Source of the DNA: Bacteroidia bacterium
GTDB lineage: Bacteria > Bacteroidota > Bacteroidia > NS11-12g > UBA9320
Length of the DNA stretch: 64,000 nucleotides
NCBI GenBank assembly: GCA_965216465.1
Contig: CBDCFW010000004.1
Coordinates: 128,001 to 192,000 of the forward strand
Reading direction: 5' to 3'
Every line of letters starts with the position of its first letter. The first letter of the stretch is position 1. Positions 41,732 to 51,340 of this stretch are shown here, piece by piece. The position numbers and the translations under genes are program-made. The notes under the pieces were generated by a model. The model was not told the origin of the DNA. It ran no database searches and saw nothing but the letters and a program-made list of their open reading frames with translations.

Positions 41732-42402
41732 TGGCAAACGTTGAAATTCATCCATCTTGGCAAAAAGTGCTTCATGAGGAGTTTGACGCTCCATACTTTG
41801 ATGAATTGGTCAGCTTTATAAAATCAAGGAGGGCTGATGGTGCAGTAATTTACCCTCCAGGTAATTTGATATTTAATGCTTTTAACTCAACGCCTTTTGA
41901 TCAAGTTAAAGTTGTAGTGCTTGGTCAAGATCCCTATCATGGCCGAGGTGAAGCACATGGATTATGTTTTTCGGTTCAAGACGGAATTAAAATTCCCCCA
42001 TCTTTACGGAACATTTTCAAAGAACTGAATGCCGACCTGGGATGTGAAATACCGCAATCAGGTAATTTAAGTGCTTGGGCCATCCAAGGGGTCTTTCTTT
42101 TAAATGCGATTTTAACCGTTGAGCACAAAAATCCTGCAAGTCATAAAGGCAAAGGCTGGGAAACATTTACTGATGCTGTTATTCAATCAATTTCAGCTGA
42201 AAGGGAAGGTGTTGTTTTCATCTTGTGGGGTGCATTTGCAAAAAGTAAAAAGTCCTTGATCGATGCTTCAAAACATCTAATTTTGGAAGCTCCTCACCCA
42301 GCTGCAGAGGTTTATGCAGGAGGAAAAGCTGGTTTCTTTGGAAGCAAACCGTTCAGCAAGGCAAATAGTTATCTCAAAGATCCAATTGACTGGAGTTTAT
42401 AA
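41731..42402 (+). CDS. ung: Uracil-DNA glycosylase, family 1
   Basis: GQDPYH, GLCFS, PPSLRN, LLNAILTV, FILWG, GFFGSKPFSKAN, IDW. Confidence 0.95.
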   Translation: MANVEIHPSWQKVLHEEFDAPYFDELVSFIKSRRADGAVIYPPGNLIFNAFNSTPFDQVKVVVLGQDPYHGRGEAHGLCFSVQDGIKIPPSLRNIFKELNADLGCEIPQSGNLSAWAIQGVFLLNAILTVEHKNPASHKGKGWETFTDAVIQSISAEREGVVFILWGAFAKSKKSLIDASKHLILEAPHPAAEVYAGGKAGFFGSKPFSKANSYLKDPIDWSL

Positions 42403-42410
42403 CTGGGTTT

Positions 42411-43067
42411 TTACTGATGGCTTAAAACCAAATCCCAGACTTTTTCGAATTCTTGGCTAAAAACCGAAGCAAATTCTTCAACACTACCTCTTCCGGTCTC
42501 CTGCTGAATTGACGTTACAGATTTATCTGAAATCCCACATGGAACAATATAATTGAAGTAGGTAAGGTCTGTCGATACATTTAAAGCAAATCCATGCATG
42601 CTTACCCCGTTTCTTACACGAATGCCTATCGCCCCAATCTTCCGTTTGATCTCGCCTTCAGCTCCAACCCAAATACCTGTTAAGCCATCTATTTGATAGG
42701 CTATTATATCAAAGCGAGCCAAGGCATTGATTAAAGCAGATTCAAGAGAATCGACATAACGTTTAACACCAATTCCATGCTTTCTTAAGTTGATGATTGG
42801 GTAGCCCACCAACTGTCCAGGACCGTGATAAGTTATGTCGCCACCTCGGTCGGTTTCAAACACCTCAGCTTTAATCTGATTTAGGAAGTTATTGTTGATC
42901 AACAAATTGTTTTGATCAGCACTCTTGCCGAATGTATAGACGTGAGGGTGCTCACAAAAGATCAAGGTGTCAGTTCCTCCGTTTATTACCGAGTGATGTA
43001 CATCTTCTTGAATACCTAATGCCTTTGAATAGGCAGTTAGTCCAATGTCGTTAACTTGAAATGTCAT
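42411..43067 (-). CDS. lipB: Lipoyl(octanoyl) transferase
   Basis: CEHPHVYT, RGGDITYHGPGQ, KIGAIG, HGFALN, IVPCG. Confidence 0.96.
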   Translation of the reverse strand: MTFQVNDIGLTAYSKALGIQEDVHHSVINGGTDTLIFCEHPHVYTFGKSADQNNLLINNNFLNQIKAEVFETDRGGDITYHGPGQLVGYPIINLRKHGIGVKRYVDSLESALINALARFDIIAYQIDGLTGIWVGAEGEIKRKIGAIGIRVRNGVSMHGFALNVSTDLTYFNYIVPCGISDKSVTSIQQETGRGSVEEFASVFSQEFEKVWDLVLSHQ

Positions 43068-44631
43068 CTGTTTTTCGCTTAACTAACAATCCTAGGGTTA
43101 AAAAGATTCCTATAAAGCTGGCGATTCTACCTATATAGTCTCCAAGCACTGAATACATGGTTCTCTTTTTGTAACTCGCTACTTCAACTTTAAGTACATC
43201 AGGTTCCCACCAATCTGTATGTTCAATGATCTTTCCTTGCTTTGTGATTCTGCAGCTGATACCCGTGTTTGCACTTCTTACAACTTCTCTTCGGTTTTCA
43301 ATCGCCCTCAAACAAGCATAATACATATGTTGTTTATAGCCATCGGTGTTACGCCACCAGCCATCATTGGTTATTACCAATAGTACGTCTGCACCTTTGC
43401 GAACAAATTCAGATACATATCCCGGAAACACACTTTCATAACATATAAGCGGAGCCACATCTGGTTTAGAACCAGCACTAAATGTCTTTGCTTCTTTATC
43501 ACTTCCCAAACTTCCAGATATTCCACCCATGTCAATGCTTAGGTATTCTAAGAATCCAAAGATTTTAGGGTACGGCATTTTCTCGACACCAGGTACTAGT
43601 TTCGATTTATGATAGTACGACAACCTTCCTCTTGAATCTACCTCGAGAGCTGTATTGTAACTCTCGTAATAATCTCCTCCTTGTGTTTGACGAGCCGTAG
43701 CATCTCTTTCCTCAAACGGTTCGTAGAAGTTGTAACTCGAAACACCCGTAATCATGTGCGAATTGGGATGTAGAGATACAAAATCTTGAAGTAGTCGTAT
43801 GCTTTCAAATGAAACCGCATTGTCTTCATCAATGTATTCAACCACAGCTGTTTCTGGCATTACTACATACGCTGTGCTATCGGACATTTGCGTTTCAGCG
43901 AGTGCCAACATTTCTTTCAAATTTTTAACCTCCTCACCACGATTGAATTTTAGGTAAGGGTCTACATTAGGTTGAACAATAACAGTTTCATGAGTTGATA
44001 CTGGTTCAGAAGAATAATTGTTTCCAAAGTAAATTACAAGAAGAGAAACGGTAACTGGAACAGCTATTGTAACGCTTGGTCGTAGCCAATTCTGTTTAAT
44101 GCCTTTGTCAATCGATTTGAACAAAGACACATTGGCCAATAAAACCCATAAACTTCCTCCAAGAGCACCTGTAAATTCATACCATTGAACAACCACATTG
44201 TGTTTGGCAAACACATTTCCTAGAGTAAGCCAAGGCCAAGTTATTTGCCAATTTAGGTGAAGATATTCATAGCCCAGCCACAAAGAAATAAACAACATAA
44301 AAGCTCGATTCTGATCAAATGACCGAACTGCTTTTCGGTAGGCCCACCAAGGTATATACATCAACCAAGCATTGGCCAATAACATAAAGACTGAACCTCC
44401 TGGCGACGCATACCATACCCACCAAGTGGTTAGAATATTCCAAAGAAGAAGACTACTATAAGCTAGAATGCCAAACCCTTTTGAGTTACGCGTTTCTTTT
44501 TCAAGCATAAACAACGGAACAAAAGCAAAAAGACTTAAAAAGAATAAATCACGAGGTGGCCATGCTAAAAAAAATAATATACCCGGCAACAGGGTATAAG
44601 CAAGTATCCTAAGTTTTCGATTAGCTATCAT
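43051..44631 (-). CDS. lnt: Apolipoprotein N-acyltransferase
   Basis: N-terminal TM region, WPW..LG, VQPN; catalytic triad PETA / KSKLVPGVE / ICYES; TNDGWW; RSANTGIS. Confidence 0.93.
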   Translation of the reverse strand: MIANRKLRILAYTLLPGILFFLAWPPRDLFFLSLFAFVPLFMLEKETRNSKGFGILAYSSLLLWNILTTWWVWYASPGGSVFMLLANAWLMYIPWWAYRKAVRSFDQNRAFMLFISLWLGYEYLHLNWQITWPWLTLGNVFAKHNVVVQWYEFTGALGGSLWVLLANVSLFKSIDKGIKQNWLRPSVTIAVPVTVSLLVIYFGNNYSSEPVSTHETVIVQPNVDPYLKFNRGEEVKNLKEMLALAETQMSDSTAYVVMPETAVVEYIDEDNAVSFESIRLLQDFVSLHPNSHMITGVSSYNFYEPFEERDATARQTQGGDYYESYNTALEVDSRGRLSYYHKSKLVPGVEKMPYPKIFGFLEYLSIDMGGISGSLGSDKEAKTFSAGSKPDVAPLICYESVFPGYVSEFVRKGADVLLVITNDGWWRNTDGYKQHMYYACLRAIENRREVVRSANTGISCRITKQGKIIEHTDWWEPDVLKVEVASYKKRTMYSVLGDYIGRIASFIGIFLTLGLLVKRKTDDISS

Positions 44632-45301
44632 ATCCTCCAACGATTAATACAAATTCTCCTTTAGGCTCATTTTTTTCAAAGTGGTCAAGTACCTCGGCGG
44701 CACTACCTCTTATCATTTCTTCAAACTTCTTGGTCAATTCTCGACCTACAACCAGTTTGCGTTCCTCACCCAATAATTCGACTACCATTTTTAAAGTTTT
44801 TACAATTCGATGCGGACTTTCATAAAATATGGTTGTTCGCTTCTCATCTACCAAATTGTTAATTTTTGTTTGTTTTCCCTTTTTATGAGGCAGAAAACCC
44901 TCATATACAAATGTGTCGCAAGGCAATCCTGATGAAACCAAGGCAACAATTGCTGCAACAGCTCCAGGTAAGCTTACGACCTCAATTTTAGATTTTACAG
45001 CCTCTCGTATTAGTAAAAAACCGGGGTCAGAAATTCCAGGTGTTCCGGCATCAGAACAAAGTGCAAAATTGGTACCATCGTGCAATTGTTCTACCAGTCT
45101 AGCAATGCTTTTATGTTCATTGTGTTGATGGTAAGCAATTAGTCTCTTCTCAATATTATAATGGTCTAAAAGCTTTTTGGTTTGACGGGTGTCTTCTGCA
45201 AGAATGGCACCAACCTCACCCAATACCTTTACTGCTCGGTACGTGATGTCATCTAAGTTGCCAATGGGCGTTGGTACAATGTAAAGTTTACCGCTGTTCA
45301 A
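44621..45301 (-). CDS. rsmI: 16S rRNA C1402 2'-O-methyltransferase
   Basis: LYIVPTPIGNL, AEDTR, SDAGTPGISDPG, YESPHR, RELTK. TATTTTTG at 45317-45310. Confidence 0.96.
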   Translation of the reverse strand: MNSGKLYIVPTPIGNLDDITYRAVKVLGEVGAILAEDTRQTKKLLDHYNIEKRLIAYHQHNEHKSIARLVEQLHDGTNFALCSDAGTPGISDPGFLLIREAVKSKIEVVSLPGAVAAIVALVSSGLPCDTFVYEGFLPHKKGKQTKINNLVDEKRTTIFYESPHRIVKTLKMVVELLGEERKLVVGRELTKKFEEMIRGSAAEVLDHFEKNEPKGEFVLIVGGYDS

Positions 45302-45363
45302 AATCCGAGCAAAAATAGGCGTTGCAAACGAACAATTAGAAATACATTTGTAGCGTTTGAGTA

Positions 45364-46116
45364 ATGATGCGGTTAATCGGACTAATTTTCATTTATACAC
45401 TAATGGCATTCACCCCAATTGAAGAACCAAACTTCAAAGAAGTTCAACTCGAATTTGAACGCGTATCTAAAGCTTTTGAAGAGAAATGGTCTGCAGCCAG
45501 TGGAAGATTAAGAGCGGTGGGTATTTCGACAGATAGTTTCGATTTGTTGATACGTGCTTTTAAATTCGAAGAAGATTTAGAGGTATGGGCAAAGAACAAG
45601 AATGAGGTCCAATATACCCACGTGCATACCTATAAATTCTGTGAAAATGTAGGAGAGCTTGGCCCCAAAAGGAAAGAAGGTGATAAGCAGATTCCTGAAG
45701 GCTTCTATAGCCTAAGTAAATTCAATCCGACAAGCAACTATCATCTTTCTTTAAAGGTCGATTACCCCAATGAAAGTGATAGTATTTTGAGTGATAAAGT
45801 TTCTCCAGGCGGTATGATTTTTATTCACGGAGGATGTAAAACAATAGGCTGCATTCCCATTACAGATGAATATATTCAAGAATTGTACGTACTAGCTGTA
45901 GAAGCAAAAAATGGTGGCCAAGAAAACATTCAAATTCACCTCTATCCAGCCCGAATGACCTCCGAAAATATGGAGTTACTTAATGCTCAGTATGAATCTG
46001 AACTTCTTAGTTTTTGGAAACAGCTAAAAGTTGGTTATGACTTGTTTGAAAAAACCAACATTCTTCCAGAAATTGAGATTTCCTCAAAAGGAGAATACCT
46101 ATTCCCAGAGGGTTAG
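45364..46116 (+). CDS. YkuD-fold L,D-transpeptidase family protein (YafK/DpaA-like)
   Basis: GPKRKEGDKQIPEGFY, NPTSNYHLS, YPN..D, IFIHGGCKTIGC. Confidence 0.85.
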   Translation: MMRLIGLIFIYTLMAFTPIEEPNFKEVQLEFERVSKAFEEKWSAASGRLRAVGISTDSFDLLIRAFKFEEDLEVWAKNKNEVQYTHVHTYKFCENVGELGPKRKEGDKQIPEGFYSLSKFNPTSNYHLSLKVDYPNESDSILSDKVSPGGMIFIHGGCKTIGCIPITDEYIQELYVLAVEAKNGGQENIQIHLYPARMTSENMELLNAQYESELLSFWKQLKVGYDLFEKTNILPEIEISSKGEYLFPEG

Positions 46117-46118
46117 CT

Positions 46119-47156
46119 TTAAGGCCTATAGGCGCTTTCTTGAAAGATTTTGTTGTGATTGTTGTCAAGCAATAATGCCTGCAAACCTAGCTCTGGATTT
46201 TTCTTCATATAGCTTCTTACAATCTGCCAGCCAATCCATGCACCAGCTCTAGGGCTGCTTTCATTTCCAAAAGGTGTAGTAAAAGGACCATCGTTAAAAA
46301 AGTGTTGCTGAAATTTACTCTTGTCTGTACTGAACAACAATTCTTCTTCGATTAGATAAGCCCACATGTTCGCTTCTTGAGCATTATTCCATTCTAGTTG
46401 GCCCTTTAAATATCCAATCTTCAATGAATCGTGATGATTTGGCAAAAGGAGGTCCATGGCATAAAGCTTCTTTCCCTCGTAAATGGCCTGGTCAATGAAG
46501 GTTGAGCCTATTCCTTCAGGAAGCTTGGCATTCACATAACTTTTTATGCAGTTGGGAACGATATGTTGGCCTTCAAATTTTTTAACTCGATAACTTGGAA
46601 AGTTTTGCGGGTTCAGAACAGCATAAATCTCAAAATCTCTACCCATATACATATCTAATCCGATACCAAATGACCGTGAAGTTTCATTGTAAATGCTGCC
46701 GTACTCAAAGGTTGAAATAAATGTTGTGGCATGTTCTATTTTGTCCTCAGGAAAATAGTAATAGATGTGCTTACAAGCCTCTTCTAGCTCTTCACGATAG
46801 TCTTCGAATACGCCAAACTTTTCTTGAGTTAACTTATACAGAGAATCCATGTCAGGGTGAGCAATGTAACGGTATAGCTCCACTGCAACATCATCTTCAG
46901 TGCTCTGTGGTCCTCGCAATTGATGAGGCATGATGTCAGAAGTGTAAATGGTATAGAATTCAGGGTGTTTTTCGCGCAATTCTTTCACGTCGTTTACACT
47001 CTTACACTGAAATAAATCCTGTTCAAAACGCGTTATGTCGAGAGTAATATCGATACCAGAAGTGTCAATTTGGTGCTCACCCCCAGAACAACTACTCAAA
47101 AAGGCAAATGCGGTAATTATTAAAACTTTGTGAAGAAGTATTAACTTTTTAATCAT
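46119..47156 (-). CDS. gldB: Gliding motility lipoprotein GldB family
   Basis: Lipobox FLSSC; RFEQDLF, IGLDMYMG, IYEGK, GPFT..ESSPRAGAWIGWQIVRSYM, terminal YRP. Confidence 0.85.
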   Translation of the reverse strand: MIKKLILLHKVLIITAFAFLSSCSGGEHQIDTSGIDITLDITRFEQDLFQCKSVNDVKELREKHPEFYTIYTSDIMPHQLRGPQSTEDDVAVELYRYIAHPDMDSLYKLTQEKFGVFEDYREELEEACKHIYYYFPEDKIEHATTFISTFEYGSIYNETSRSFGIGLDMYMGRDFEIYAVLNPQNFPSYRVKKFEGQHIVPNCIKSYVNAKLPEGIGSTFIDQAIYEGKKLYAMDLLLPNHHDSLKIGYLKGQLEWNNAQEANMWAYLIEEELLFSTDKSKFQQHFFNDGPFTTPFGNESSPRAGAWIGWQIVRSYMKKNPELGLQALLLDNNHNKIFQESAYRP

Positions 47157-47188
47157 AAACTTTGTACAAATTATTCAAAAACAACTAC

Positions 47189-47908
47189 ATGAAGAACGTT
47201 ACAATACTACTGTTAGGTGTGCTAGTAAGCCAATTATCTTTTGCACAGTCAGAATTTAGATTTGGGTTAAAGGGAGCTGCCAATATTGGGTGGATAAGTG
47301 CAGGTACCAAGAATGTTGAGAGCAACGGAACTAAACTTGGTTTTGCTTATGGAATAATGGGTGACTATTATTTTCGACCTAACTACGGAGTGACAACAGA
47401 ACTCCTTATCTCTCAGATTAATGGAAAGTTAGAAGTGTTAACTCCACAACGCTTTGTTGGTGACACTTCTCAGGCTGTTAATAGCCTAAAGTATACTTAC
47501 GATCTTCAATACATTGAAATTCCAATAAGTATGAAGTTCAGAACCAAAGAAATAGGTAACATTACCTATTGGGGTAATTTTGGATTTTCTCCTGGCTTCT
47601 TGCTTAATGCGAAAGCGAGTATCGCAGAAGAAGGGCTACCCGCAAGTATTGTGCTCAAAGATCCAACCGACTTTTTGGTCAACGACAATGAAGGCGACGA
47701 CTTTACAACCGATAATTTTGATGATCGTGTGTTTCTTTTCCGCTTCCCGCTAATTATCGGAGGAGGAATCGAATATAAGATGGCTGGAAGTACATCGTTG
47801 CATGCCGGAGTAAGATTTACTAATAGCTTCACCGATATTTTAGTTAAGGATAAAGATGTTACAGCCAAGAACAATTATGTAGCTTTAACGGTTGGAGTAT
47901 TGTTCTAA
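47189..47908 (+). CDS. PorT-family outer-membrane beta-barrel protein
   Basis: Signal peptide ending SFAQ; FGLKG, QYIEIPISMKFRT; terminal F (VGVLF). Confidence 0.82.
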   Translation: MKNVTILLLGVLVSQLSFAQSEFRFGLKGAANIGWISAGTKNVESNGTKLGFAYGIMGDYYFRPNYGVTTELLISQINGKLEVLTPQRFVGDTSQAVNSLKYTYDLQYIEIPISMKFRTKEIGNITYWGNFGFSPGFLLNAKASIAEEGLPASIVLKDPTDFLVNDNEGDDFTTDNFDDRVFLFRFPLIIGGGIEYKMAGSTSLHAGVRFTNSFTDILVKDKDVTAKNNYVALTVGVLF

Positions 47909-47916
47909 CACAAGAA

Positions 47917-49554
47917 ATGCAGATAGCTCTATCACAACTTAATTTTATTATTGGTGATATCGAAGGAAACGCCACGCGTATCATCGAAGATATTCAAAAG
48001 GCTAAGTCGCAAGCGGTCGATTTAATTGTTTTTTCCGAACTTGCAGTTTGTGGTTATCCTCCTAAAGATCTTCTTGATTACCCTAGTTTCATTACGCGAT
48101 GCGAAGAAGCTTTAGAGAATATAAAGCAGCAATCAAACGGCATTGCTGTACTCGTTGGTGGTCCTGCTTGGAGTAACTTAGATAAAGGAAAGAAGCTTTA
48201 TAATTCTGCTTTCTTTTTTCACGATAAAAAGTTGATTAGAAGAATTGACAAAACGCTTCTGCCAACCTACGACATTTTTGACGAGTACAGGTATTTTCAG
48301 CCTAATGAACGATTCGAATGCGTTGAATTTATGGGTGAAAGATTAGCCATTACAATATGTGAGGATCTTTGGAATTTAGACGAAGAAAAACTGTATAAAA
48401 GAACACCAATGGATGAGCTGAAGGCAGATAATCCTACGGTTATGATTAACCTAAGTGGTTCACCATACAGCTACAATCATGTAGAGGAAAGAAGAGAGAG
48501 AATGCAGCATAATGCCAAACATTATAATCTTCCTTTGTTTTATGTGAATCAAGTGGGAGGCAATACAGATATTCTGTTTGATGGTGGCTCCATGTTCATC
48601 AATAAGAAGGGTGAAATTGTTGGAGAGTGTGCCTTTTATCAAGAAGATTTTAAAGTAATTGAATGGGATTCAAGCATGGAGTTTGAAGATAACCACGAAG
48701 AGTATCGCGATTACGATATAGGTCTAATTCATGATGCTTTAGTGATGGGTATTCGCGATTATTTTGGAAAAATGGACTTTAAAAAGGCCGTGCTAGGTTC
48801 ATCTGGAGGTATCGACAGTGCTGTGGTACTTGCCTTAGCTGTAGAAGCACTCGGAGCGGAAAATGTGAAAGCTGTATTAATGCCATCACAATTCAGTAGT
48901 GAAGGTTCTGTCGCTGATGCGGTAAAGCTTTCAGAAAACCTCGGAAATCCATACAGTATAGTACCGATAAAGGCCGTTTTTGAAGAATTTAAAAGAACCT
49001 TAGCTCCCGAGTTTGGCGACCTTCCAGAAAATGTTACCGAAGAAAACCTTCAAGCGAGAAGCAGAGGAGTTATTTTAATGGCCATGAGCAACAAGTTCGG
49101 TGAAATTGTTCTGAATACAAGTAACAAAAGTGAGAGTGCAGTTGGCTATACTACACTTTATGGTGACATGTGTGGAGGAATGTCTGTCATAGGTGACCTG
49201 TATAAAGTTCAAGTATATGAAATGGCTCGGTTCATTAATCGATATGGCGAAGTAATACCTTATGAAATTGTAGAAAAAGAACCCAGTGCAGAGCTGAGAC
49301 CTGATCAAAAAGATAGCGATTCTCTTCCGCCGTATGGCTTGCTAGATAAGATTTTATACTACTACATCGAAGAACGAAGAGGTTGGCAAGAGATTGTTTC
49401 TTTGGGGATGGATGAGCAAACGGTTCGTAAAATTGTGAAGATGGTCGATCAAAATGAATATAAACGATTTCAAGCATCTCCAACTTTAAGAATATCTTAC
49501 AAGGCCTTTGGTACTGGGCGGCGCATGCCAATTGTCGCAAAACACTTCAATTAA
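47917..49554 (+). CDS. nadE: Glutamine-dependent NAD+ synthetase
   Basis: Nitrilase domain (FSEL, K, ICEDLW) plus SGGIDS, ENLQAR, NKSE, PSAELRPDQKD. Confidence 0.96.
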   Translation: MQIALSQLNFIIGDIEGNATRIIEDIQKAKSQAVDLIVFSELAVCGYPPKDLLDYPSFITRCEEALENIKQQSNGIAVLVGGPAWSNLDKGKKLYNSAFFFHDKKLIRRIDKTLLPTYDIFDEYRYFQPNERFECVEFMGERLAITICEDLWNLDEEKLYKRTPMDELKADNPTVMINLSGSPYSYNHVEERRERMQHNAKHYNLPLFYVNQVGGNTDILFDGGSMFINKKGEIVGECAFYQEDFKVIEWDSSMEFEDNHEEYRDYDIGLIHDALVMGIRDYFGKMDFKKAVLGSSGGIDSAVVLALAVEALGAENVKAVLMPSQFSSEGSVADAVKLSENLGNPYSIVPIKAVFEEFKRTLAPEFGDLPENVTEENLQARSRGVILMAMSNKFGEIVLNTSNKSESAVGYTTLYGDMCGGMSVIGDLYKVQVYEMARFINRYGEVIPYEIVEKEPSAELRPDQKDSDSLPPYGLLDKILYYYIEERRGWQEIVSLGMDEQTVRKIVKMVDQNEYKRFQASPTLRISYKAFGTGRRMPIVAKHFN

Positions 49555-49580
49555 AAAAGGGAACCTGAGTTCCCTTTCTT
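49553..49580. terminator. Bidirectional intrinsic terminator
   Basis: A6-GGGAAC-CTGA-GTTCCC-TTTCTT. Confidence 0.85.
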
Positions 49581-49700
49581 CATAATTACATTTATGTATT
49601 ATAGGTTTCCGTTAATAAATGTGTGATATACTACGAAAGACGCTAAATAATTTTATTTGGAAGTCGGTTTAATGTCATCTTAAACCATGAGTGCAAAGAA

Positions 49701-50585
49701 TTAATGTTTTAAGGTGTGTTTTCCAACTCCACCCTTAACTTCTTTAATACCGTGCACATAGACAAAGGCAGTTGGATCCTTATCCAAAATAGCCTGTCGG
49801 ATACGATGAATTTCAAGACGTGTGACAATAGTCATAACTATATCGACATTATGCTTTACATCGAAAGTATTAGGAAGGTAACCTCTCTCTCCTTTGTACA
49901 CTGAAATAGCCTTGTTGAAGTCGTTTACAATCAAGGATTTAATGGCTTCATGTTCTTTTGATACAATGGTAAGAGCAGTAAACTCTTCAAAGCCATCAAC
50001 TACATAATCTGAAGTCTTTATTGCCGTGAAGTATGTGAGAATCGAATACATCGCAGCCTCAATTCCAAAGTTAAACGCTGCAAGTAAAAAGATTATACTA
50101 TTGGTTAACAACACAATTTCACCCGTAGAGAATCCAATCTTTTTATTGGTGTAGTGTGCTACAATTTCAAAACCATCAATAACGCCACCGCCACGAATTA
50201 CCAATCCAATACCAAGTCCAATTAAGAAGCCACCAAAAACAGCAATGAGAATTTTGTCGTTAGTTACTGTTGGAACTTCAAGAAAGGCAATAGTAACTGC
50301 CAGAAGGATAACTGCAAAAGCAGATTGAACCGCAAAGGTTTTTCCTATTTTGCGGTAGCCCATAATCACAAAAGGGATATTCAGGGCCAAAAGCACATAA
50401 CTAATGTTCACATGAAAAATTTCGTGTGCAAGAATGCTTATTCCGGTAATCCCTCCATCTAAAAAGTGATTGGGAATCATAAAGCCTTTAAGTGCCAGCA
50501 CAGCACATAAAACGCCTAAAATGGTATATAATAATGCTTTTGGAGCGAAGATGCTTCTCCAATGAATACGGTTTGATTGCGACAT
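49701..50585 (-). CDS. YitT family membrane protein (with DUF2179-like C-terminus)
   Basis: FLDGGITGIS, GGFLIGLGIG..GGVIDG, terminal DPTAFV..IKEVKGG. Confidence 0.88.
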   Translation of the reverse strand: MSQSNRIHWRSIFAPKALLYTILGVLCAVLALKGFMIPNHFLDGGITGISILAHEIFHVNISYVLLALNIPFVIMGYRKIGKTFAVQSAFAVILLAVTIAFLEVPTVTNDKILIAVFGGFLIGLGIGLVIRGGGVIDGFEIVAHYTNKKIGFSTGEIVLLTNSIIFLLAAFNFGIEAAMYSILTYFTAIKTSDYVVDGFEEFTALTIVSKEHEAIKSLIVNDFNKAISVYKGERGYLPNTFDVKHNVDIVMTIVTRLEIHRIRQAILDKDPTAFVYVHGIKEVKGGVGKHTLKH

Positions 50586-51163
50586 TAGCTCAGTTTAGTC
50601 TTTAGTTCTTGTAAGTACTTATTTTTAATAGGTTCTCGGTGTTTTTTAGCAAAGTCGGTGTGAAAGGTATGACTCTCAAGAAATCGGATTTGCATCTCGT
50701 CAAATTCACGCTCATTTTTCACAACGTTGTAATTTAAAAATTCATTGAATAAGGTAGCTCCAATTCTATAAAATTTATCGGTACCTAAATAATCAAGGTC
50801 TGAATCACATATGACCTCTTCCAATAAATTTTTTGGATTTTGAGGCAGCTCAGTTGCTGCTATCATTCCACAAATTTTTTCAATATCAGAATCAGAATAA
50901 CCCCAGCTAGGTAATTCTGTTTTCGCATACTTAATCCCATTCATCTCATGCTTGGCAAATTCTTCGAGAAATCCAATATCATGAAGTAGTGCCGCTGTTC
51001 GCAGCAAATACGCATCCTTGGGGTTGATTTTTAGTCGTCTTACATATTGATTACATACTCTTAAGACGTCGAGGGTATGGTGAGGACCATGATATGTCTG
51101 ATCCTTAGATATCTCCGCACTTATCCTACCAATAATGAATTGCTTAAGTTTCCGGATATTCAT
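50585..51163 (-). CDS. HD-domain phosphohydrolase
   Basis: YHGPHHT, AALLHDIG, HE, ICDSDLDYLG. TAGTTTTG at 51181-51174. Confidence 0.88.
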   Translation of the reverse strand: MNIRKLKQFIIGRISAEISKDQTYHGPHHTLDVLRVCNQYVRRLKINPKDAYLLRTAALLHDIGFLEEFAKHEMNGIKYAKTELPSWGYSDSDIEKICGMIAATELPQNPKNLLEEVICDSDLDYLGTDKFYRIGATLFNEFLNYNVVKNEREFDEMQIRFLESHTFHTDFAKKHREPIKNKYLQELKTKLS

Positions 51164-51340
51164 TGTTACTTTCCAAAACTACACCTTTTTTTAAATTATT
51201 AATAACCAAGCTGTTGGAAAAGCCTTTTATTCCATCTAGACCGGTGTTCAGAAAAATAGACTAGTATATCATACAGCTAGCGGTTTGAACGTGTTTGTCT
51301 AAAGTGCTGATAGCCAGACAACAGTATAAATTTAATTGTT

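Noticed and set aside
50585-51163. HD protein as a Pycsar/CBASS defence effector
   Set aside because: No TM effector domain fused and no cyclase gene nearby.
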